Of a DNA stretch of 14,180 bases, positions 8,008 to 14,180 are shown piece by piece. The number at the start of each line of letters is the position of its first letter. The stretch's first letter is position 1. The position numbers were made by a program, and so were the translations under genes. This DNA is from Nitrospinales bacterium (lineage in GTDB: Bacteria > Nitrospinota > Nitrospinia > Nitrospinales > JAJDAT01). Where the stretch lies: NCBI GenBank assembly GCA_046757665.1, contig JBHHYO010000070.1, forward strand, positions 1-14,180. The letters are read 5' to 3'. Under the pieces are notes generated by a model, which was not told where the DNA came from, made no database searches, and saw nothing but the letters and a program-made list of their open reading frames with translations.

Positions 8008-8454
8008 TCAAGCGTTTTTTGAAAACAGAGAGTTTTTGGAAGAAGTGGCTCCGTATGTTTTCAACAGAGGTTTCCTTTCTCTCAGGGCTTTCATTTGACC
8101 GCTGATCCCGGTTTTTTGATTTTCCAAAAGGGTCCTGCAATCCTTTTCCAGTGTGATGATTTTCCGCAGAGCTTCTTGTATTTGGTTGTTCAGGGGCTCG
8201 GCCTGCTCAATCAGGCTTTCACGCTCGGTGCTGGGAATTCCCGGTAAAACCCGCTCGATCTCCTGATCCAGTTTGCGAATGGTTTCGATCAACGCATCGT
8301 TTTCCTGGATAATGGGAAGCAAGCCGGACTCGTTGCCTGTGGCGATGACGTCTTTTTGCTCTCCCATTTTGATCAGGAGCTTATGGTAGCAAGCCTGCTC
8401 CTGCCGCAAGCAGGAAAGAATCTTCCCGGATTTATTCTCGCTATTCAAGTTCAA
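8008..8454 (-). CDS. flgN: Flagellar export chaperone FlgN-like protein, 148 aa
   Basis: All-helical pattern L..E...Y..LL....EQK..I..GN...L..II...., C-terminal TYG motif. TTG start overlaps the fliD-like stop. Confidence 0.7.
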   Translation of the reverse strand: MNLNSENKSGKILSCLRQEQACYHKLLIKMGEQKDVIATGNESGLLPIIQENDALIETIRKLDQEIERVLPGIPSTERESLIEQAEPLNNQIQEALRKIITLEKDCRTLLENQKTGISGQMKALRERKPLLKTYGATSSKNSLFSKNA

Positions 8455-10283
8455 GCCACCGCGATTAAATTTTTGACGTTGTCTCTGAGTGTCATGTTGC
8501 TCACAAAACGCTGAAATTCGATTCCCAGTTTTGATGGAATAGTGGATTCTACCTTGATTTGAGTTTTTTTAAGGTCGATATCGCCCAGGTCCGTTTTGAG
8601 AATTCTTGAAATTTCCCGGTCCAGGCGCGTCAGTGCGCCGGTTTCCGGGTTGTTGAACAAATCCAAAACGCTGTCGGGGTTGATCTCCAGAGCGCGTTGC
8701 AGTTGCGCCTCGTTCACCGTGATGGTGTCGTCCTTTTCCGTGCGAATCCCAACGGAAGTCAATCGTTGCAACAGGTCCTTGCCGGTGTTTTTAAAAGGCA
8801 GGGTGACGCCGTCTTTTATCGCCTGCACGGTACGGCTGAGGGCCGTCTCCTGGATGACGCTTTTCCCCGTATTGACGCTTTTCAATCCAAGCTCCAGGTT
8901 ATTTTCCCGGTTGGCTCGAACCTTGTCAATGGTTCGTTCCCTGTTTTCCGTTTTTTGAACATCCCGCTGGGTGTTGTCCAAAATATTGTTGCGGATGCGT
9001 TGAATGGCCGTGTCTCCGGAAAACAAGGAGGAATCGCGTAGCGCCTGATTGATTTTTGTTATGGATTCGTTGAAGTTGTCGAAAAAATTTTTGATCTGCT
9101 CCGCGGCCTGCCCGGTGGCGGTGAAAATGCGGATTTGCGTTTGCAGGGATGAATCCTGTTTGATTGTCAGCCCGGTCCCCGCGATGGCATTGTCGAAGGT
9201 GTTGGAATTTTCGGTGATCGTTCTGCCGTCCACCTGGATTTCGGCGGCCCGTTGGAGTTGGTTTAAATCTTTTGGCGGGTTGGATGAAAAATCAATTTGC
9301 TGTTCCTTGGCGATGGGCAGGCCCTTGCCGTTCAGTTGGAAGAACCCCAGCTCCAAAAGGATGCTGTTGTCATCCTGCAAGTCAATGGCGACGCCGCTCT
9401 TGATGCTGGTCAGGACAAGGCGATTGGCCTGAATGGAAGCGGCAACCTGGGTCTCGCCGGTCCCGCCGTCCAATCGATCGTTGTTGTTAGTGTCCTCGGC
9501 GGGGTCCAGACTGCCGTTGCCGTTGCGGTCCTCAATGACGAAAATTCCCGGCCCAGATTCGCTTGCGGACACCGTCAGGGTGTCGATGCGGTTGTTCCCG
9601 TTTAAATCTTCCGCGGGGTCCAGACTGCCGTTGCCGTTGGTGTCCTCGCCGAAATTGATTTTGTTTTTGATGTCAACCAGAGAGTCGGAGCTTTGGACGG
9701 TCACTTTGACTCCGTTGATGATAAAACTGCCGGTGAGTCCAAGCGCGCCCAGGGCGGGGGCTTGCTCGTCGGATACCAGCACGTTGCCGATAGCCGTACG
9801 GACGGGGCCGACGGAAAATTTTCCCAGGGGGCTTTTGCCGGAAGCGGATGCCTTCACGGTTTTGGGGCGGGAAGAAGTGGCCGAACGAATGTTCAGCGAG
9901 CCGGGTTTTCTTAAATCGGAAACAGTCGAAGACAGGTTTTGCAAAACGATCTTAATTTCCTTGAGCGTTTCCTGTCTCAGGTCGGTAAGGCCGGATTTGT
10001 TTTGCAAGCTTTCGGTGATCGGCAATTCGGGCACGCCGAAATTTTTCTTGAGGAATTGAAACGCCGCGTTTACCCGGAAAACCCCCGGAGCGCTTGCCAG
10101 TTCAACGGTGGCGGCTTTCCTCGACGGGGCGAGAAACGAGTTCAGCAGGATGTTGCTTGACCGGGGCGGCGTATTCAACACCCGCGGCGATACCTCGGCG
10201 CTTCTCGCGGGCTGGTTGATATTGGAAAACGGCGAGGCTCCCAAAATCACCAGGTTTGAATTTTTAATTCCGAAGACTTGCAT
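8451..10283 (-). CDS. fliD: Divergent flagellar filament cap protein FliD (HAP2), about 610 aa, with DxNxNG repeat insert
   Basis: FliD_N-like RSATSS...VKASAS, flagellin-IN-like GSFIING...DSLVDIKNKIN and NRLVLTS, FliD_C AEIQVDG..I...SNTFDNAIAG, IKNFFDNFN, LFSGD, LTSVGI...DDTITVNEAQL..AL..NPDSV..LF. ATG 10283 is more plausible than the TTG at 10388. Confidence 0.8.
   Translation of the reverse strand: MQVFGIKNSNLVILGASPFSNINQPARSAEVSPRVLNTPPRSSNILLNSFLAPSRKAATVELASAPGVFRVNAAFQFLKKNFGVPELPITESLQNKSGLTDLRQETLKEIKIVLQNLSSTVSDLRKPGSLNIRSATSSRPKTVKASASGKSPLGKFSVGPVRTAIGNVLVSDEQAPALGALGLTGSFIINGVKVTVQSSDSLVDIKNKINFGEDTNGNGSLDPAEDLNGNNRIDTLTVSASESGPGIFVIEDRNGNGSLDPAEDTNNNDRLDGGTGETQVAASIQANRLVLTSIKSGVAIDLQDDNSILLELGFFQLNGKGLPIAKEQQIDFSSNPPKDLNQLQRAAEIQVDGRTITENSNTFDNAIAGTGLTIKQDSSLQTQIRIFTATGQAAEQIKNFFDNFNESITKINQALRDSSLFSGDTAIQRIRNNILDNTQRDVQKTENRERTIDKVRANRENNLELGLKSVNTGKSVIQETALSRTVQAIKDGVTLPFKNTGKDLLQRLTSVGIRTEKDDTITVNEAQLQRALEINPDSVLDLFNNPETGALTRLDREISRILKTDLGDIDLKKTQIKVESTIPSKLGIEFQRFVSNMTLRDNVKNLIAVA
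9499..9639. repeat. Intragenic direct repeat, identical 27 bp at 9499-9525 and 9613-9639 (114-bp / 38-aa period)
   Basis: GCGGGGTCCAGACTGCCGTTGCCGTTG occurs twice and encodes NGNGSLDPA on the - strand. Confidence 0.95.
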
Positions 10284-10316
10284 TGTTTTCGAGCAGAATA
10301 AAAAACAAGTTTTTAT

Positions 10317-10343
10317 TAATGTATTAAACTTTTCCGCCGATAA
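10317..10343 (+). promoter_or_regulatory. Possible antisense/divergent sigma28 promoter
   Basis: TAATGTAT-N11-GCCGATAA against consensus TAAAGTTT-N11-GCCGATAA (perfect -10, 6/8 -35). Confidence 0.5.
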
Positions 10344-10469
10344 GAACATTGCGGCGGGGTGAAATATCGACAGGCCCGGAGCGGCCAAAAAAAATTAACA
10401 GGTGCTGAAAAAGCCATTCACTCGTTTCCGTTCTTTACTTGCAAAAGAACCCGGTTTGGCTGGATTCGG

Positions 10470-11390
10470 TCAAATCAGGCGGTCCACGTTTTCTCCCACC
10501 CGGGTTTGCGCGGCGATGGGATTGCGGTTTTGCGCCGCTTGCGGTTCCCGGGGAGAGGCCGGATTGTTTTCGCTGGTAATCCGCTCTCTTTGCTGTCTTG
10601 CCGCTTCGCGGGCCGCCTCGGCCCGGTCTTGTTCAACCTGTGCCCGTTCGGCGGCGGCCTCGGCTCTTTGGCTGATACTGCCCTGCAAACCCGGAGTCGG
10701 TGGATTTTGGTTTGCCTGCGCGTCGGGGCGGGTTTGTCCCGTGTTTTGGGGCGGAGGTTCAACAACCGGCGTTTCCTGCCTGTTCTCCAAGGTGGCGCGT
10801 GGTCCCTGGACGTTTGCGGTATCCACCTCCGGAGCTGAATCAGCGGCAGTAGTCTCTTGCCGTGTCTGGTTCCCCTGTTCCTCGATGGGTCGCGGAAGGT
10901 CGGGAGTTTGCCCCGTGTTGCGTTGTTCCGCATTCCGGGTTTGCCCGGTCTCGCTTTCTTGCGGCGGATTGACTGCGGTTCTTTGCGTGTCGAGGTTTTG
11001 TCCGGGGATTTGGCTCAGCCCCGCTTCGAACCGTGCCCGGTCTTCCTGCCTGGCTTGCATCTCCTGCGCCTGGTTGCGTTGCGCAATGGCGTTCTGCCTC
11101 GGTTGAAATTGCCTGGCTACATTTCTGACACGGGGACTTTGGTTGGTTCGCACCGCCTGTATTCGCCGGTTTAATGGATTTTCGTTTTGTCTTACGGGAT
11201 TGAGTTCGTTGGTAATGTCCACCCGGTCCTGGGCGGTCCGGGCGCGGTTGGCCATCTGTTCTTCCCGGCGCGGCGCCTGGATAGCCGGGTCATTGGGATT
11301 GTCTTCCCGCCGGCGTTCAAGCAGGCTGGTTTGATTGCGATTAGCGCCTAAAATGGCTGGTGTGACATTAATTCCGCCTTCCTGGGCCAT
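10470..11390 (-). CDS. Low-complexity Q/N/R/A/E/P-rich, probably disordered hypothetical protein, 306 aa
   Basis: Long ORF with strong SD GAGGTG 5 nt before the ATG, sigma28 promoter upstream, same strand as the fliD unit. Confidence 0.85.
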   Translation of the reverse strand: MAQEGGINVTPAILGANRNQTSLLERRREDNPNDPAIQAPRREEQMANRARTAQDRVDITNELNPVRQNENPLNRRIQAVRTNQSPRVRNVARQFQPRQNAIAQRNQAQEMQARQEDRARFEAGLSQIPGQNLDTQRTAVNPPQESETGQTRNAEQRNTGQTPDLPRPIEEQGNQTRQETTAADSAPEVDTANVQGPRATLENRQETPVVEPPPQNTGQTRPDAQANQNPPTPGLQGSISQRAEAAAERAQVEQDRAEAAREAARQQRERITSENNPASPREPQAAQNRNPIAAQTRVGENVDRLI

Positions 11391-11481
11391 GATTTCACCT
11401 CATTTTAATCTTATCGCAAAACCCTGTTCACGGGGGATGAAAGTAAATCCTCCCGTCCAAACTAAAACTCTCCTGATAGGC

Positions 11482-11508
11482 TCAACGGCAGAATTTGCTT
11501 AAACTTTA
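11482..11508 (-). promoter_or_regulatory. sigma28 (FliA) promoter
   Basis: On the - strand TAAAGTTT (11508-11501), 11 nt spacer, GCCGTTGA (11489-11482): perfect -35, 6/8 -10, correct spacing, upstream of flagellar genes. Confidence 0.8.
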
Positions 11509-11544
11509 ATTTTTTTTGAGAATTTTCCGGAAAAAAACTTGGAA

Positions 11545-11691
11545 GAGAGCTTTGCATAAGTATCTTTGTTTAACTGTCATTGCGAAGAGGCGAAGCCGAC
11601 GAAGCAATCCAGAAGGCTGGATCGCCACGCCGCCAGTGACGGCTCGCGATGACACCTGGGGCGGCGAAGTCTCGGCTTATGCAAAGGTCTC
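11545..11691 (+). mobile_element. MITE copy C, 147 bp, 16-bp TIRs enclosing an inner palindrome
   Basis: GAGAGCTTTGCATAAG (11545-11560) / CTTATGCAAAGGTCTC (11676-11691), 15/16 complementary. Inner arms TGTCATTGCGA (11575-11585) / TCGCGATGACA (11644-11654). Two more copies in the window. Confidence 0.9.
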
Positions 11692-11796
11692 ATTTGGAAA
11701 TGGGGCGGACAAGCCCTCATGCCCGCTTTCTTGAGGAAGGTGTTTTCTACCATCTGAATTTAATGCGGTTTTATTGTCGGGGCGGGTTGCGGAAAA

Positions 11797-12414
11797 TTAA
11801 TTGATGATTTCCTGTGCCATCTTTTTAAGCTCCGGAATGGTTTCCTGCCATTCCTTATAATAGGGAGCGATTTCATATGCCAGCAGGTCGGCGACCAGAA
11901 CCCAGTCCTTGTTTTTATGGGCTTCCAGCAGTTGGTTGGTCAGGTCGATAAGCGTGTTGTGGCGCTCTTGAATTGTTTTTCCGTTGACTTGGAGTGTGTT
12001 GGGGTCGGCCATCAGGGCTTTCAGGATTTCATTGAGCGCTTGAGAGACCCATTCGATTCCATCGACAATTTTGACAAAAAGCTGGCTCGCTTCCTGATCG
12101 TTCCCCATTTGAAACAGTTCCGCCGTTTTTTCAATGCCGGGGATCAGTTTTTTGAGATAGTCCTCCACATTGGCAATGTTCTTGCTCAAAATGTCCAGAA
12201 TGGTGATTATTTCGATTTCCAGCGTTTCGATTTCCGTTACGGGGATCGAACGGGTCTTTTCCGCGTCGGGTTCGAGAGGCCGGCCATTGAGGAGCAGTGT
12301 GTTGATGTACGTTCCGGGCAGGACTTTGGCGCTTTTAATTTGGTCCAAGAGACTGCCGAGGTTGTCTCCTGAATATTTGGCGGTTTCCTCACGGCCGTTA
12401 ATGAGAATCTTCAT
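11797..12414 (-). CDS. Conserved hypothetical protein of the type found in flagellar/flagellin-modification loci, 205 aa
   Basis: SD AGGAG. N-terminal small beta domain (MKILING...LLNG), helical C-terminus ending KDWVLVADLLAYEIAP..EW. The family association is recalled, not verified. Confidence 0.8.
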   Translation of the reverse strand: MKILINGREETAKYSGDNLGSLLDQIKSAKVLPGTYINTLLLNGRPLEPDAEKTRSIPVTEIETLEIEIITILDILSKNIANVEDYLKKLIPGIEKTAELFQMGNDQEASQLFVKIVDGIEWVSQALNEILKALMADPNTLQVNGKTIQERHNTLIDLTNQLLEAHKNKDWVLVADLLAYEIAPYYKEWQETIPELKKMAQEIIN

Positions 12415-12456
12415 CTGGGCTCCTGAAATATTGAAACGCTCCGAGAGCGGTTTTTT

Positions 12457-12485
12457 ATTCTATTATGAGGCCATGGTTTACGCAA
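12457..12485 (-). promoter_or_regulatory. sigma70-type promoter for 11797-12414
   Basis: - strand TTGCGT (12485-12480), 17 nt spacer, TAGAAT (12462-12457). Confidence 0.5.
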
Positions 12486-12518
12486 CCGCGACACGGGCCG
12501 CGGCCCGCCGCGCGGTCA

Positions 12519-12547
12519 TTGACAAAGAGGCTTGTTGAAGTTAAAGT
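12519..12547 (+). promoter_or_regulatory. sigma70-type promoter for the small gene at 12684
   Basis: TTGACA (12519-12524), 17 nt spacer, TAAAGT (12542-12547). Confidence 0.65.
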
Positions 12548-12683
12548 TATCACAGCTTTTCCGCAACCATCATTCGGGTGGAGGCGGGACGGATGGACTT
12601 GACCCCATGACTCTGAAATGATATTAAATGGTTCCTCTTATGGAATTTAAGTTTGCAATTTGATAGCTTGCGGAGAACCTTGC

Positions 12684-12884
12684 ATGGAAATTAAATCGCT
12701 GAAAATCGAGATCAGAAAGCATCATGTGACGCCGGGCGTGAATGTTTTGGACTTGTTGATTGAAACCGACGAGGAGAAAATAATCAAGCAGACCCAACAC
12801 AAAGACACCGACAAGGCGTTTCAGGATTTTGCGAGCGAAGCCGTTCGCATCGCCAAGGACTTGGCCAACGCCCGGATAGAATAG
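12684..12884 (+). CDS. Small hypothetical protein, 66 aa
   Basis: SD GGAG at 12672-12675 before ATG 12684, upstream promoter, protein-like composition (three beta-strand-like segments plus a helix), fills the gap before the convergent activator gene. Confidence 0.75.
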   Translation: MEIKSLKIEIRKHHVTPGVNVLDLLIETDEEKIIKQTQHKDTDKAFQDFASEAVRIAKDLANARIE

Positions 12885-12923
12885 CGCCCGGTTACGAACG
12901 AGGCCCTTTCGCACCACCCCGCC

Positions 12924-13967
12924 TCACAACATTTCGTCGCGTTTGATCTTCAGTTTCTTGAGCTTTTCCACAAGCGTGGTTCGGTTCAGGCTGAGCAGGC
13001 CGGCGGCTTTGTTTTTTACCCAGTTGGTTTTTTCCAGCGCTTCGATAATAATTTCCCGCTCAAAATCCTCCACCGCCTTTTTGAGGTTCATGCCGTTATC
13101 CGGCAGGCCGACAAAGAAAGATTGGCTCATGGAACGGCGAAGCGCCTCGGCGGGGCTCTCCCGGGGCTCCGGCTCGGCGGGCGGGGAAATCCGGGGAACG
13201 CCGTCCAACAGCTTCTCCGGCAAGTCCCTCGACATGATGATGTCTCCGGAACTTAAAACCACCATGCGCTCGATGAAGTTCACCAGCTCACGGATATTCC
13301 CCGGCCAATGGTAGTTGATCAGAATGTCCATGGCGTCATCGTGGATTCCCTTGATGGACTTGTTTTTGCTTTCGTTGAAACGTTGCAGGTAATGGTTGGC
13401 CAGGAGAGGAATATCCGGTTTTCTGTCCCTCAGCGGCGGAACGAAAATTGGAATGACATTCAGACGGTAGAACAGGTCCTCCCGGAATTTGCCGTTTTTG
13501 ATCAAGTCTTCCAGGTTCTGATGCGTGGCGGTGATGATGCGGATGTCCACCTTGATGGATTTGGCGCCGCCGATCCGGTCGATCTCCCGTTCCGCCAGTA
13601 CCCGTAGCATCTTGACCTGCAATGCGGCGGGCATGTCGCCGATTTCATCGAGGAAGATCGTCCCTTTGTCGGCCATTTCCAGCCGGCCGATGCGGGTGTT
13701 TACCGCTCCGGTGAAAGCCCCCTTTTCATACCCGAACATTTCGCTTTCCAGAAGATCGTGGGGGATGGCGGCGCAATTGACGGGGATGAAGGGCCCTTTC
13801 GCCCGCGCACTGTTGCGGTGCAGTGCCTGGGCAATCAACTCCTTGCCCGTTCCGCTTTCGCCGGAAATGATGACCGTGCTGTCCGAGGACGCGGCCCTTC
13901 GGACCAGGTCGAAGACTTTCTTGATGGCGTCGCACTTGCCGACGACGCCGAGGGGTAGGGATTGCAA
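12924..13967 (-). CDS. sigma54-dependent enhancer-binding protein, FleQ/FlrA-like, AAA+ plus Fis-HTH only, 347 aa
   Basis: Walker A GESGTGKE, GAFTGA, Walker B FLDEIGD, FREDLFYRLNV, WPGNIREL, HTH ending LNRTTLVEKLKK. SD GGAGG 5 nt before the TTG start. Confidence 0.92.
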   Translation of the reverse strand: MQSLPLGVVGKCDAIKKVFDLVRRAASSDSTVIISGESGTGKELIAQALHRNSARAKGPFIPVNCAAIPHDLLESEMFGYEKGAFTGAVNTRIGRLEMADKGTIFLDEIGDMPAALQVKMLRVLAEREIDRIGGAKSIKVDIRIITATHQNLEDLIKNGKFREDLFYRLNVIPIFVPPLRDRKPDIPLLANHYLQRFNESKNKSIKGIHDDAMDILINYHWPGNIRELVNFIERMVVLSSGDIIMSRDLPEKLLDGVPRISPPAEPEPRESPAEALRRSMSQSFFVGLPDNGMNLKKAVEDFEREIIIEALEKTNWVKNKAAGLLSLNRTTLVEKLKKLKIKRDEML

Positions 13968-13992
13968 TTTGGCCTCCGTAAAACTTCACGGT

Positions 13993-14020
13993 ATTATAGC
14001 GGGAACCTGGATTTTGTCAA
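13993..14020 (-). promoter_or_regulatory. Consensus sigma70 promoter of the activator gene
   Basis: - strand TTGACA (14020-14015), 16 nt spacer, TATAAT (13998-13993). Confidence 0.8.
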
Positions 14021-14039
14021 AGACAACAACCTCCCCCTG

Positions 14040-14068
14040 TTGACAGTCTGTATCCATTAGGATACGAT
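14040..14068 (+). promoter_or_regulatory. Divergent sigma70 promoter with internal palindrome, for a gene beyond the window
   Basis: TTGACA (14040-14045), 17 nt spacer, TACGAT (14063-14068). GTATCC-ATTA-GGATAC at 14050-14065. Confidence 0.65.
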
Positions 14069-14180
14069 AAGGTTGTGAGAAATGAGAATCAAGTTGAATT
14101 TTATCTTACGGAGAATGAAGGTAGCCCCTTTGAAGAATGGTTTGATTCTTTAAATGACGATATTGCCAAAGTCAATATTG

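Noticed and set aside
9499-9639. 27-bp repeat pair as a CRISPR array
   Set aside because: Only two copies, in frame within a CDS, 87-bp gap, no cas genes.
10284-10388. N-terminal extension of the FliD ORF to TTG 10388
   Set aside because: AT-rich intergenic-like sequence without SD; ATG 10283 preferred.
10363-10397. - strand sigma28 promoter for fliD (GTCGATAT -10)
   Set aside because: No TAAA-like -35 at the required spacing.
10359-11174. + strand ORFs of 159, 234 and 105 aa
   Set aside because: Cys/Arg-rich antisense shadows of the low-complexity 306-aa gene with no protein-like motifs.
11516-11734. 72-aa ORF on + strand
   Set aside because: Consists mostly of MITE copy C, has a TTG start and no SD; not called as a gene.
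12434-12456. CGCTC-CGA-GAGCG hairpin plus T-run as terminator
   Set aside because: Only a 5-bp stem, oriented on the + strand where no upstream transcript is evident.
11785-12568. 12-bp inverted repeat GGTTGCGGAAAA (11785-11796) / TTTTCCGCAACC (12557-12568) as an invertible segment
   Set aside because: The match does not extend, 12-bp matches are expected by chance in 14 kb, and no recombinase is present.
12624-12917. 97-aa - strand ORF
   Set aside because: Antisense to the 66-aa gene, which has a promoter and SD.

Overview
Bacterial chromosomal window (tentatively Nitrospinota-like; this assignment is inference from gene content). Left to right: an outer-membrane porin (- strand); a + strand operon with an exported CGHC protein, a SurA/PrsA-like parvulin, hpnA, a CruF/DUF422 membrane protein and a LOG-family protein; a convergent - strand unit behind a near-consensus sigma28 promoter (lysine-free disordered 306-aa protein, divergent FliD with a duplicated Ca-loop-like insert, FlgN, an FlgM-like small protein, and a translationally coupled AroD-AroE fusion); a flagellar-locus-type hypothetical; a small protein with a structured leader; and a FleQ/FlrA-like sigma54 activator lacking an input domain. 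Three copies of an approximately 150-bp nested palindromic MITE lie in intergenic spaces. The most unusual signals are the atypical sigma28 FliD module, an antisense sigma28-like promoter inside it, the nested MITE, the RBS-sequestering leader at 12557-12677 and a plant-QDH-like Ser-to-Gly change in AroE.
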